Made by a program: the position numbers and the translations under genes
Shown here: positions 19,453 through 29,146 of the stretch, piece by piece
Layout of the letters: each line of letters starts with the position of its first letter
Position numbering within the stretch: position 1 is the stretch's first letter
Source of the DNA: Candidatus Parcubacteria bacterium
GTDB lineage: Bacteria; Patescibacteriota; Saccharimonadia; UBA4664; JAHWKN01
Assembly: GCA_019347875.1 (NCBI GenBank)
Contig: JAHWKN010000001.1
Coordinates: 6,801 to 70,800, forward strand
Length of the DNA: 64,000 bases
Reading direction: 5' to 3'
The notes under the pieces: generated by a model
What the model was told of the DNA's origin: nothing
Seen by the model: the letters and a program-made list of their open reading frames with translations, nothing else
Database searches by the model: none

Positions 19453-22272
19453 TTATTGCACCACGCTATTAAAATACATCCCCGCATCGTTCAGGTGGGC
19501 AATACCTTCCGCCACCGGCCTAAAGTACTCTTGGTAGGTCCCGCCCGCAGCGGGGGCGGTGTAGTTAAACTCGAACGTCGCTATTCCCCCCGGCGCTACG
19601 CTGGCTTCTTTCATACGGGCTGGCCGTTGGGGCGCCAGCCAGCCGGTTGACTGGAAGCCGCTACTGCGGTCGGTCGGCCGGGCGGTGGCGGCGTTCACCG
19701 GGTAGGGGCCGGTGTTGTACCAGGTGGCCGTACCGCTGTTGCGGGCGGTAAAACCTACGTACACAGTTTGGCCGGGAGAGAGCTTGGTTAAATCTGCAGG
19801 GGTTATCTTGGTGGAGTCGGTGTAGGCGTACTGACTGGTCACACTCCAGGAGTAGTCGGACTTAACCACCGTATGGTAGTACAACCCGATGTCGTTCATC
19901 CAAGTGATGCCCTCGGCTACTAGGTTAAAGCGCTCGTTAAAGGTCCCGCCGCCCTTAGGAACGGCAATGGGGAACTCAAAGGTGCCCACCTCGCCGGGCG
20001 CCACGCTTGCCTCAACCAGTCCGGCCGGCCGATTCGGTCCCAACCAGGCCCCGGTAGCGTAGCGGCTGCCGCGGTCCCTGGGAGCCTCCGTGCCTAAGCG
20101 CACCGGGTTAGAGCCGCCGTTGCTCCAACTCACGTTGCCGCTGTTACGGGCCTTGAACACCAGCCAGGCGGTTTGACCGGGAGATAAGTTAGTTAAGTCC
20201 ACAGCCGTGGTCTTGGCACTGGTGGTGTAGGCCTCTTGGGAGGCGAGGGCGTAGGTGAAGTCATACTTTACCCGGGTGTCGTAGTAAACCCCCGCGTCGT
20301 TCATGTGCATGATGCCCTCTGCCACGGGGTTAAAGTACTCCTGATAAGCGCCGCTGGCAGGAGCGGTGTAGTTAAACTCGAAGGTAGCGGTTTCCCCTGG
20401 GGCTACGCTGGCTTCTTTCATGCGGGCCGGACGCTGGGCCCCCAGCCAGCCCGTTGACTGGAAGCGGCTGGTGCGGTCGGTCGGGCGCGTGGTGGCTAGG
20501 TTGACCGGGTATGGTCCGCCGTTGTACCAGGTCGCTGTGCCGTTGTTGCGGGCGGTTAGGCCGACGAAAACGGTTTGGCCGGGGGAGAGATCATGCAGGT
20601 TGGCCGGCGCGGTCTTGGCGGAGTCGGTGTAGGCGTACTGGCTGGTGACCCCCCAGGAGTAGCCGGACTTAACCGTTGTGTGGTAGTAAAGTCCCACGTC
20701 GCTCATCCAGGTGACGCCTTCGGTTACTAAGTTAAAGTGTTCATTAAATACCCCCCCGCCCTTAGGTACGGCAATGGGGAACTCAAAGGTACCCACCTCT
20801 CCGGGCGCCACGCTTGCCTCTACTAACCGGGCGGGACGGTTAGCCCCTAGCCACGCCCCGGTCGCGAAGCGGCTGGCCCTGTCGCGCGGGACTTCAGTTC
20901 CCAGGCTGACAGGGTTTGCGCCGCTGTTGCTCCAAGTTAAGTTGCCGCTGTTACGAGCCTTAAGTACCAGCCAAGCGGTTTGACCGGGAGAGAGATTGGT
21001 CAGATCCACAGCCGCGGTCTTGGCACTGGTGGTGTAAGCGGCCTGGGAGGAGAGCGCCCAGGAGTAGTCGTAGTGCAGTTTGCGCTGGCTGGTTTGGTTG
21101 CGGATAAAACCCAGCTGGTCGTACAGCAAGTTGCCGGGGCAGGCGGTACTTAAGGCGTCCTTGTGGCCGGCAACGGTCCAAAGGTTCAGGCAGGCGGTGC
21201 CGCAGAAAGTGTGGGTAGTGTTGGGGTTAATTTGGTAACCGCTGGTTTTCCAGCCCAAAAAGTTGGTCAAGCCGTTCAGGAGCGCCGAGGAGGGGCCGGT
21301 GACATTGCCGTTGTTTAGCTGTTTGCAGGCGGAGTCGTTGGGGTCAAAACAGCCAATCGCCGCAATCCCCAGAGAGCCGCGGTTGTAGCCGTAGACATGG
21401 CCCGCCACCACATGGTCGCCGCCAAACCGCCCTTGGTAAATGGTGCCATGCTGGTCGGTTAAGAAGTTGTAGCCGATGTCTCCCCACCCGAGAGTGTGGG
21501 TGTGATACTGCCAGATGGCCCTGACCGTGGCGGCCGGATCCGGCTGGTTGTTGGCGCTGACGGTATGGTGGACAAACACCTGCTTGGTCTGGACGTACTC
21601 GGGGCCCCAGTACAGTGACGTCCCCTGGTAGGCCGTGCCGTCCGGATCGGGGCTGCCCCAGCCGGCGCGCGAAACAACGGCCGGGCCTTGGGCCGCTGCC
21701 CGGGTGTCGGGAGCTAAAAAGCTAGTCAGGGCTCCCATTAACTTTTGAGCTAAGTTTTGCCGCGAATCGATATAGGTAACCTTTAAATCGGAAACTTCAG
21801 GAGCAGGCTGCGCCGGGTCTTGCCGCGACAAGGCGACACGGTACTGAAAAAACCGCCCCTGGATCATTAACGGGGTTTCGGCAAACATGGTGTCGGGGCT
21901 GGGGGCATCATCGCGCAGCGGCCGGGACCCTTCTACCTCCATCCAATCCGTCCAGGTTTTGGCGTCTACAGAAGTACGTAAAAACACCCGACTGGCCTCC
22001 GCCGCCGCGTCACTCTGCCGCCACTGGGGCGCAATTGCGTTAAACTGGAAATCGGTCTGGCGTACCGGTGAGTCGTACGTGGTGCTGGTCTCGCCAGGTT
22101 CCAGCGCGACTACCGAAGGCTCCCCGTTGGCACCTAAGCCTGTAACCTGATTATTTTTAATGGCCGTGGCCGTTCCTTGCTTGTATATAAATCCGGCCAG
22201 GACAACGAGGATGACGCTGGCGGTAACCACGAAAACTCTTTTGGTTGCAAACTTGCTTATCGGGAGTGGCAC
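19453..22272 (-). CDS. Secreted N-acetylmuramoyl-L-alanine amidase (Amidase_2/PGRP) with 4 NBR1-Ig-like repeats
   Basis: N-terminal TM; VSRAGWG, VHHT, YHTHTLGWGDIGYNF, GHKD...TACPG; four ~130-aa repeats (PGQT..ARNSG..TW..PRDR..SVAPG..GTFEF). Confidence 0.9.
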   Translation of the reverse strand: MPLPISKFATKRVFVVTASVILVVLAGFIYKQGTATAIKNNQVTGLGANGEPSVVALEPGETSTTYDSPVRQTDFQFNAIAPQWRQSDAAAEASRVFLRTSVDAKTWTDWMEVEGSRPLRDDAPSPDTMFAETPLMIQGRFFQYRVALSRQDPAQPAPEVSDLKVTYIDSRQNLAQKLMGALTSFLAPDTRAAAQGPAVVSRAGWGSPDPDGTAYQGTSLYWGPEYVQTKQVFVHHTVSANNQPDPAATVRAIWQYHTHTLGWGDIGYNFLTDQHGTIYQGRFGGDHVVAGHVYGYNRGSLGIAAIGCFDPNDSACKQLNNGNVTGPSSALLNGLTNFLGWKTSGYQINPNTTHTFCGTACLNLWTVAGHKDALSTACPGNLLYDQLGFIRNQTSQRKLHYDYSWALSSQAAYTTSAKTAAVDLTNLSPGQTAWLVLKARNSGNLTWSNSGANPVSLGTEVPRDRASRFATGAWLGANRPARLVEASVAPGEVGTFEFPIAVPKGGGVFNEHFNLVTEGVTWMSDVGLYYHTTVKSGYSWGVTSQYAYTDSAKTAPANLHDLSPGQTVFVGLTARNNGTATWYNGGPYPVNLATTRPTDRTSRFQSTGWLGAQRPARMKEASVAPGETATFEFNYTAPASGAYQEYFNPVAEGIMHMNDAGVYYDTRVKYDFTYALASQEAYTTSAKTTAVDLTNLSPGQTAWLVFKARNSGNVSWSNGGSNPVRLGTEAPRDRGSRYATGAWLGPNRPAGLVEASVAPGEVGTFEFPIAVPKGGGTFNERFNLVAEGITWMNDIGLYYHTVVKSDYSWSVTSQYAYTDSTKITPADLTKLSPGQTVYVGFTARNSGTATWYNTGPYPVNAATARPTDRSSGFQSTGWLAPQRPARMKEASVAPGGIATFEFNYTAPAAGGTYQEYFRPVAEGIAHLNDAGMYFNSVVQ
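19460..20260. repeat. 801-bp direct repeat, copy 1 (last two Ig-like domains of the amidase)
   Basis: Matches 22684-23484 at a constant offset of 3224; the translations are identical over about 267 aa. Confidence 0.92.
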
Positions 22273-24806
22273 TACTTCACCACCGTGTAAAAGTACATGC
22301 CTGGGTCGTTCAAATGGACAATCGCTTCGGCCACCGGGTTGAAGTATTCCCGATAAATTCCTGTAGCGGCTGGAGTGGTGTAGTTGAACTCAAAGGTGCC
22401 GGTTTGGCCAGGTGCCACACTGGCTTCGCTTAGTTTGGCCGGCCGGGCCGGACTCATCCAGCCGGTGCTAGCGAATGCGCTGCTGCGGTCACGCGGGTGA
22501 GAGGTAGCGACGTTCACCGGGTAGGGGCCGGTGTTGTACCAAGTGGCGGTGCCGGTGTTGCGGGCGGTAAAGCCTACGTACACCGTTTGGCCGGGGGAGA
22601 GGTTGGTTAAATCTATGTGGGTTGTCTTGGTGGAGTCGGTGTAGGCGTACTGGCCGGTGAGGCTCCAGGAGTAGTTGCTGTTGACCACGCTATTAAAATA
22701 CATCCCCGCATCGTTCAGGTGGGCAATACCTTCCGCCACCGGCCTAAAGTACTCTTGGTAGGTCCCGCCCGCAGCGGGGGCGGTGTAGTTAAACTCGAAC
22801 GTCGCTATTCCCCCCGGCGCTACGCTGGCTTCTTTCATACGGGCTGGCCGTTGGGGCGCCAGCCAGCCGGTTGACTGGAAGCCGCTACTGCGGTCGGTCG
22901 GCCGGGCGGTGGCGGCGTTCACCGGGTAGGGGCCGGTGTTGTACCAGGTGGCCGTACCGCTGTTGCGGGCGGTAAAACCTACGTACACAGTTTGGCCGGG
23001 AGAGAGCTTGGTTAAATCTGCAGGGGTTATCTTGGTGGAGTCGGTGTAGGCGTACTGACTGGTCACACTCCAGGAGTAGTCGGACTTAACCACCGTATGG
23101 TAGTACAACCCGATGTCGTTCATCCAAGTGATGCCCTCGGCTACTAGGTTAAAGCGCTCGTTAAAGGTCCCGCCGCCCTTAGGAACGGCAATGGGGAACT
23201 CAAAGGTGCCCACCTCGCCGGGCGCCACGCTTGCCTCAACCAGTCCGGCCGGCCGATTCGGTCCCAACCAGGCCCCGGTAGCGTAGCGGCTGCCGCGGTC
23301 CCTGGGAGCCTCCGTGCCTAAGCGCACCGGGTTAGAGCCGCCGTTGCTCCAACTCACGTTGCCGCTGTTACGGGCCTTGAACACCAGCCAGGCGGTTTGA
23401 CCGGGAGATAAGTTAGTTAAGTCCACAGCCGTGGTCTTGGCACTGGTGGTGTAGGCCTCTTGGGAGGCGAGGGCGTAGGTGAAGCTGCGGACGGTGGCCT
23501 GGGAGTTAATGCGGCCATAGCCGTACTGATCCGTCCGGTTTTGCCCGTTCATACCGGCGACTTTGTCGGCCCGGGCGAGAATGTTACCGACTACGTCGTT
23601 GGGTCCGGCAGAGGGGTGGGCTGATTTATAGAGAGCCGCCAGGCCGGCCACGATTGGGGTCGAGATGGAGGTGCCGTTGGCGCTAGTGGTGTAGCTTGAG
23701 GTCTGGTTGCTCGAGCTCCAGTAGGTGGTGCGGATGGTACCGGCACCTGGTGCCACCACGTCAAGGTTGGGGCCATAACTGCTGAACGAGGCCCGAGCGT
23801 CGTTACTGTCGCTGGCGCCCACCGCCACCACTTCCGGGTAGTTGCCCGGGTAGGCCATGCAGCCGCAGGTACTGGTGCCGCTGTTGCCGGCGGCCGCTAC
23901 TACCACCGCGCCCTTAGAGATAGCGTAGTTGATCTGGTCCTGCATCAGCTTGTCGGGATCGGGCGAACCTAGACTGAGGCTAATAACTTTGGCTCCCCGG
24001 TCGGCCGCGTAGCGGATGGCGGTGGCGATGGTGGAGGTGTAGCCGATGCCGTCGTCGGTTAGCGCCTGAATAGGCAGGATTTTCGAGCCCCAGTTGAGGC
24101 TGGCTACCCCTACGCCGTTGTTGCCGGTGGCGCCGATTAAACCGGAGGTAACGGTACCGTGAGAAACAAAGTCGCCGGCTGCGTCAACGCTGCCGGCGTT
24201 GGGGAGGTTGTCGCTTTGAGAGAAGTCCCAGCCCCGCCAGTCGTCCTTGTAGCCGTTGTTGTCGTCATCGAGGTTGTTGCAGTTTTTGTCGAGCACTAAC
24301 CCCCGGCTGGTACAGTTGGGGGCCGGGCCTTCACTGGCGGTAAGACCCTTTTCGCCCGCGTTCTCGGCCCAGCGGCCAACCATGTCCTGATGGTCAAGCG
24401 CATACCCCGTGTCAACAATAGCAACCGTTACATCGCTTGACCCCGTGGTGATGTCCCAGGCCTGGGGGGCCGAGATCTTGTCGGTGTACCACTGCGGGGA
24501 TATGGGGTCGTTGGGGGTGAGCAGGGCTTTGTAGGTGATGTTGGGGGACACGTCCAGCCCGGCGTTGGGGTGAATCTGACTAGGACGCATGGGTACAACA
24601 TACCCATCAAGTCCTTCCACCCTGGTTAGATTGTCCGGTTCTAGTGAATGCCGTTCCAAAAACCGCTGCTTGGCCTCTTGGCTGTGAAAGCGCACTATGG
24701 CTGTCGGAGTGTCCGCTAAGGTTGGACTTCTTGGCGTAAGGACGATGGCGAAACCAGCTAAAGCCAGCGCGGCCATTGCGGTCAGGCCGGCTTGACGGGG
24801 CCTCAT
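22272..24806 (-). CDS. Secreted S8 subtilisin-like protease with 3 NBR1-Ig-like repeats
   Basis: Signal peptide; VAIVDTG, HGTVTSG, AAAGN, GTSISTP catalytic motifs; three C-terminal repeats. Confidence 0.93.
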   Translation of the reverse strand: MRPRQAGLTAMAALALAGFAIVLTPRSPTLADTPTAIVRFHSQEAKQRFLERHSLEPDNLTRVEGLDGYVVPMRPSQIHPNAGLDVSPNITYKALLTPNDPISPQWYTDKISAPQAWDITTGSSDVTVAIVDTGYALDHQDMVGRWAENAGEKGLTASEGPAPNCTSRGLVLDKNCNNLDDDNNGYKDDWRGWDFSQSDNLPNAGSVDAAGDFVSHGTVTSGLIGATGNNGVGVASLNWGSKILPIQALTDDGIGYTSTIATAIRYAADRGAKVISLSLGSPDPDKLMQDQINYAISKGAVVVAAAGNSGTSTCGCMAYPGNYPEVVAVGASDSNDARASFSSYGPNLDVVAPGAGTIRTTYWSSSNQTSSYTTSANGTSISTPIVAGLAALYKSAHPSAGPNDVVGNILARADKVAGMNGQNRTDQYGYGRINSQATVRSFTYALASQEAYTTSAKTTAVDLTNLSPGQTAWLVFKARNSGNVSWSNGGSNPVRLGTEAPRDRGSRYATGAWLGPNRPAGLVEASVAPGEVGTFEFPIAVPKGGGTFNERFNLVAEGITWMNDIGLYYHTVVKSDYSWSVTSQYAYTDSTKITPADLTKLSPGQTVYVGFTARNSGTATWYNTGPYPVNAATARPTDRSSGFQSTGWLAPQRPARMKEASVAPGGIATFEFNYTAPAAGGTYQEYFRPVAEGIAHLNDAGMYFNSVVNSNYSWSLTGQYAYTDSTKTTHIDLTNLSPGQTVYVGFTARNTGTATWYNTGPYPVNVATSHPRDRSSAFASTGWMSPARPAKLSEASVAPGQTGTFEFNYTTPAATGIYREYFNPVAEAIVHLNDPGMYFYTVVK
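22684..23484. repeat. 801-bp direct repeat, copy 2 (first two Ig-like domains of the S8 protease)
   Basis: Same sequence as 19460-20260. Confidence 0.92.
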
Positions 24807-24810
24807 TGGG

Positions 24811-27531
24811 TTAACGCACTACCGTGTAAAAATTCATCCCGGGATCATTTAGCCACCTCAATCCGTCAACGACAGGGGTGAAGTACTCTAGATAAGTGCC
24901 GGAAGCAGCTGGTGCCTTAGTTGCGAACGTGAAGGTGCCGATTCCGCCGGGAGCAACCTCACTTTCCGTCAACCCGACCGGCCGACTGCAGCCGAGCCAG
25001 GAGCCGGTGTTGCAAAAGGCACTGTTGCGGTCACGGGGGTTGGTGGTGCCCAGCCGGAAAGGGTAACGGCCTGTCTTAAACCAGGTGGCGCTGCCGGTGT
25101 TCTTGGCTTTCACCCGCCAGTAGGTGACCTGTCCCGGAGTTAGATTTGTGAGGTCCTGACGAGTAGTGTAGGTGGGATCGGAATAGGCCTCTTGTCCGGC
25201 CGGCGCCCAGGAGTAGCCGTCGTACACCTGCATATAGAAGTTCATGCCCGGGTCGTTCATCCAGGTGTACTTATCGGCTACCAGGCTAAAATACTCCCTA
25301 TGAACGCCGGCGGCTGCCGGTACGGTGATAGGAAAGGTGAACTCGGCAATTTGGCCGTTAGCTACGGTGGAACCCGGCGCTCCGGCAAAGGTTGCGGCTC
25401 TGGCGGGGGCTAGCCAGCCATCCATAAAGAGACTGTGGCGGTCACGGGGGGTACTAGTGCCAAGACGAACGGGGTATTCTCCCGCATTCGACCACACGCT
25501 TGTGCCGACGTTCTTGGCCTGAACTTTTAGGGTAGCGGTTTGACCGGGGGAGAGGCGAGTGAGATCGGCGCCGGCAGACTGGGAGATGATTTGCCATTGG
25601 TATGTTCCATGGGCGGTTATCGAGACCGTAGTGCTGACCCCCAGCCAGGCTACCCCCTCGATTAGCGGCGTGAAGGTCTCTGAGTAGATGCCCGGGGAGG
25701 AGGGGAGCTTGAGCCGGAAGGTAAAGCTGCCGCTGGCGCCGGGCGCCACCGACTCTTCGTTTAAGGCCGCCGCTCGGCTGCTTGACAGCCAGGATGAGTC
25801 GGCAAAGTCGCTGGGGCGGTCGCCGCCGCTGGCAGTGGTTCCGATTCTGGTTGGGTTAGCGCCGTCGCGGCGCCAGTAGGTAGAGCCGGTGTTGGTGAAT
25901 CTGAGGGTAACGGCATTGGACGTCTCGCCCGGCAAGCCGCTCGCCGCGGCCTTATCGAGGCTGCTGGCCGCGGCGGTTCCGCTGGTGACGCCAATGGCGT
26001 AGTAAACCCCTTGGCTTGGCAGCCAGGTAACGCCATCCGTTACGACGTTAAAGTACTCCGAGTAACTGCCTGAGGTGTAGGGGGCGGTCAGTTTAAAACT
26101 GAAGGTGCCGATGCCTCCCGGGGGGACGTCGGACGCCAGCCCGGCGGGCCGGCTCTCGCTTAACCACCCTGCCGAGGTAAAGGCGCTGGCGCGGTCACGA
26201 GGGTTGTCGGTACCGAGGCGGGTGGGGGTAGGGCCGCCCGCCCGCCACGTCACCGCTCCCATGTTTTTAGCGGCAAAGGTGACGTTGGCCGTTTGGCCTG
26301 GCTTGAGTGTAGCCAGATCGACATCGGAGGTTTGCCCGGCCAGTTTATAGCGGTAATCCGGGGACTTAATGAAAAAGTACATACCCGGATCGTTCATCCA
26401 GGTAATACCCTCGACGATGGGGGTAAAGTACTCTTTCCATGTTCCCGGTTCACTTGGCATGGTGATAGAGAAAACGAACCTGGTGGTTTCGCCCGTGGCC
26501 ACAGTACTGGCAGCGATCCAGCCTCCCGCTGCGTCCAGTTTTTGGGTGAAGGTAGCGGTACGTGTCGGCGCTATCCAGCCGGTCGCAAACGCGCTGTTGC
26601 GGTCTCTGGGGTTGGAGGTGCCGAGCCTGACGGGATTGGACCCGGCGTTAGACCAGGTACTGGACCCGGCGTTTTTGGCCACCACCACCAGCGTGGCCGT
26701 TTGTCCCGGCAACAGGTTGGTTAAGTCGGCCGGGGTTGTCATGGCCCCGTTAGTGTAGGCTTGCTGGGAAACCAGTTGCCAGGCGTATGGCACCGCCGGG
26801 AACCACAGATCCATATAATGCACGAAGTTGCGGTTGCCGTAGGCTCCGCAGGGGGCGGTGCCCATGGTTGAGAGCGCGCCGGCGTTGGGTTGGTAGGGGG
26901 TGTAGGTGTAGAGCGTGGCGGTGGAGCGGTTAGAAATGTAAACATTGGTGCCGCCGCAACCGGAGTCGGGATTGTATTTAACGTAGCCGGTGGTGCCGGG
27001 AATGTACGAGCAGTACCAGCCTTTGTCCTGGAAAAAGCAGTTGCGCAGCAGCTTGGTGCCTTCCCAGACCTGTTGCGAGAAGCCAAAGTAGGCGGCGTTG
27101 CAGTCGGCGCCGTCCGGACAGCCCATACCCATGGCGGTGCGGTACTTGTAGCTGTCGCAGCTGGTGGTGGTAACCAGTCCTTGCTCCTTTTGCAGCGTCA
27201 CGATGATGACTTGGGGGTTGATGCCGTGCAGCTGGGCGGTTTTCCAGATGGTGCGCGAGGCCCGGACGTTGCCGCCGTAGCTGTTGCCGCCGAGCGGCTC
27301 GGGCGAGTAGTAATCTTTTAGACAGGGGCCTTTAGAGGCCAAAAAGTTTTGAATGTCGGCCTCCGACATGGTGGCGGTGTTGGTAAAGCGGCCGTCGTCG
27401 ACGATGGCGCCGGCGTTGTAAGGCGTGTGGGTGGCTTGGGCCGGCTGGACGTTAAAGGTTACGGCGGCGATGACGGCCAGCAGCACCGGAGCGAAGATTT
27501 TGAGCAACTTAGGCGCCGCTTTACTGGACAT
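24811..27531 (-). CDS. Secreted protein with a putative lysozyme-like ('hemagglutinin-related') N-domain and 5 NBR1-Ig-like repeats
   Basis: Start revised to ATG 27531 (MSSKAAPKLLKIFAPVLLAV, signal peptide), which overlaps the upstream stop; INPQVIIVTLQKEQGLV, GMGCPD, LYTYTPYQPN, YGNRNF. Confidence 0.75.
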   Translation of the reverse strand: MSSKAAPKLLKIFAPVLLAVIAAVTFNVQPAQATHTPYNAGAIVDDGRFTNTATMSEADIQNFLASKGPCLKDYYSPEPLGGNSYGGNVRASRTIWKTAQLHGINPQVIIVTLQKEQGLVTTTSCDSYKYRTAMGMGCPDGADCNAAYFGFSQQVWEGTKLLRNCFFQDKGWYCSYIPGTTGYVKYNPDSGCGGTNVYISNRSTATLYTYTPYQPNAGALSTMGTAPCGAYGNRNFVHYMDLWFPAVPYAWQLVSQQAYTNGAMTTPADLTNLLPGQTATLVVVAKNAGSSTWSNAGSNPVRLGTSNPRDRNSAFATGWIAPTRTATFTQKLDAAGGWIAASTVATGETTRFVFSITMPSEPGTWKEYFTPIVEGITWMNDPGMYFFIKSPDYRYKLAGQTSDVDLATLKPGQTANVTFAAKNMGAVTWRAGGPTPTRLGTDNPRDRASAFTSAGWLSESRPAGLASDVPPGGIGTFSFKLTAPYTSGSYSEYFNVVTDGVTWLPSQGVYYAIGVTSGTAAASSLDKAAASGLPGETSNAVTLRFTNTGSTYWRRDGANPTRIGTTASGGDRPSDFADSSWLSSSRAAALNEESVAPGASGSFTFRLKLPSSPGIYSETFTPLIEGVAWLGVSTTVSITAHGTYQWQIISQSAGADLTRLSPGQTATLKVQAKNVGTSVWSNAGEYPVRLGTSTPRDRHSLFMDGWLAPARAATFAGAPGSTVANGQIAEFTFPITVPAAAGVHREYFSLVADKYTWMNDPGMNFYMQVYDGYSWAPAGQEAYSDPTYTTRQDLTNLTPGQVTYWRVKAKNTGSATWFKTGRYPFRLGTTNPRDRNSAFCNTGSWLGCSRPVGLTESEVAPGGIGTFTFATKAPAASGTYLEYFTPVVDGLRWLNDPGMNFYTVVR

Positions 27532-28075
27532 TGATGGTTTGCGCGGCGGAGGCGCCCTCGTAACGGTCAGAAAAGATGCGCACGCTAAACGACCATTCAC
27601 CCTTAGCGGGAAACTCGGCGGCGGGAATATCAAACCCTTGGCAGCGCTGGACGTCGCCTCGCAGCAACGTCGGAGCGGTGCGCTCCAGCGGCGGGCTGCC
27701 CGCTTTTCTGAAACTGACAACGCAGGTCCCGGGAGCGGACTCTTCGGTGTAGGCCCGGATCAACACGGTGGCTTTGTCGGGGCTTTGCCCGAAGGTGGTC
27801 ACCACCGGCTTAATCTGCTTTTTGGTGCTTCCGGGGGTACTGGGCTGCGGCGTGGGCTGAGGTTGTGTCTGATTGTTGCTAGGCCGGGTAGAATCTTCTT
27901 CGCGGGCGGCCCGGTCGCCCGACGGGTCGGCCTCGGTGACCGATGCCTCCTGATCTTGTGCGGGGGGCTGTTTTGACTGGTTAACCTTGACGTAACCGGC
28001 GGCCGCAACCAAGCCGACGGCCAGCAGGCTGATGATGGCGATGGTTAAATTTTTGCGGACCGAGAACTTAGCCAT
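27521..28075 (-). CDS. Membrane-anchored hypothetical protein (TM, P/T/Q linker, small Cys-pair beta domain)
   Basis: N-terminal hydrophobic helix and low-complexity linker; first gene of the operon. Confidence 0.75.
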   Translation of the reverse strand: MAKFSVRKNLTIAIISLLAVGLVAAAGYVKVNQSKQPPAQDQEASVTEADPSGDRAAREEDSTRPSNNQTQPQPTPQPSTPGSTKKQIKPVVTTFGQSPDKATVLIRAYTEESAPGTCVVSFRKAGSPPLERTAPTLLRGDVQRCQGFDIPAAEFPAKGEWSFSVRIFSDRYEGASAAQTINVQ

Positions 28076-28146
28076 AATGTACCCCCCGTTTTTGTTTCCT
28101 TAACTGGCCTCATTATAGCATAAGTTCAATGGGTCAAATGGGTTCT

Positions 28147-29112
28147 TCAGCCACGTAATGCTCGCCGCCAGGCGTACGCGTCGGCGATGATTTGCTCCAA
28201 GCCGCGCTCCGCCGACCAGCCCAGCAGCCGCTGAGCTAAGCGGTTGCTGGCTACCAGCGCTGCCGGATCGCCGGGGCGGCGGTCTGTAACCTGGTACTTG
28301 ATCGGCCGGCCGGCCACTTTTTCAAGCGTTTTAACTACCTCCAGCACGGAATGGCCGCGGCCTGTGCCAAGGTTAATGGCCCGGTTAAAGACCTGTCCGC
28401 CGGCCATTTGCTCGGCCGCCAGCACGTGGGCTTTAGCTATGTCATAGACATGGACGTAATCACGCAAGGCCGTGCCGTCGGGAGTATCATAGTCATGGCC
28501 GAACACCTTTAGCTCTCCGCTTTGTATAACCGCCTCAATCGCTTTGGGTACTAGATGTGTCATCACAGGATACTCCGGCCCGATTCCCCGGTAAGCCCCG
28601 GCGGCGTTAAAGTAACGAAAAGAGGTCCAGCCCAACCCGCTAGTCAGCTGGTAGTTGGCTAGCATTTGCTCAACCAGCAGCTTGCTTAAACCATAGGGGT
28701 TAATCGGTTTGAGCTGAGCCGATTCCGGGATGGGCACCGTCTCGGGCTGGCCGTAAACGGCGGCGGTCGAGGAAAAGATAAAGTTTTTGACGTGCGCCTC
28801 TACGGCGGCGTCAATTAGCCGCAAGGCGCCAAAGCTGTTGTTCTCAAAGTACAGCCTGGGCCGGCGCATCGACTCCTCGACCTGGATCTTGGCGGCAAAG
28901 TTTAAGACCACGTCGAACCGCCGCCCGTCAAACAGCGCCTGCAAGTCACCCGGTTTGGTTAAGTCGCCAACCACCAACTCGGCGTCCTGTAAGTTGTGCC
29001 GATGACCGGTTGAAAGGTTGTCGAAGACGACCACGTCGTGGCCGGCTTCTTGAAACAGCTTGGCTGTGACGCCGCCGATGTAGCCCGCGCCCCCGGCGAT
29101 TAACACTCGCAT
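28147..29112 (-). CDS. galE: UDP-glucose 4-epimerase
   Basis: GGAGYIG, FSSTAAVYG, NPYGLSK, RYFNAAGA, DGTALRDYVHV. Confidence 0.95.
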   Translation of the reverse strand: MRVLIAGGAGYIGGVTAKLFQEAGHDVVVFDNLSTGHRHNLQDAELVVGDLTKPGDLQALFDGRRFDVVLNFAAKIQVEESMRRPRLYFENNSFGALRLIDAAVEAHVKNFIFSSTAAVYGQPETVPIPESAQLKPINPYGLSKLLVEQMLANYQLTSGLGWTSFRYFNAAGAYRGIGPEYPVMTHLVPKAIEAVIQSGELKVFGHDYDTPDGTALRDYVHVYDIAKAHVLAAEQMAGGQVFNRAINLGTGRGHSVLEVVKTLEKVAGRPIKYQVTDRRPGDPAALVASNRLAQRLLGWSAERGLEQIIADAYAWRRALRG

Positions 29113-29146
29113 GGTTATGATTATAACCGACTGTTATAATGCCCCC
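29113..29146. promoter_or_regulatory. Compact divergent leaderless promoters (galE/manC)
   Basis: TGtTATAAT lies 6 nt before the manC ATG (29147); TATAAT on the minus strand lies 7 nt before the galE ATG. Confidence 0.7.

Noticed and set aside
19460-23484. The 801-bp repeat as an IS or a diversity-generating retroelement TR/VR pair
   Set aside because: Both copies are in-frame coding, I saw no adenine-specific differences, and there is no transposase or reverse transcriptase.
27532-27720. N-terminal 63-aa extension of the 969-aa ORF
   Set aside because: It overlaps the upstream gene out of frame; the signal peptide begins at Met 27531.
29111-29146. ORF-track start of manC
   Set aside because: It would overlap the galE start; the family motif begins at Met 29147, right after a -10 box.
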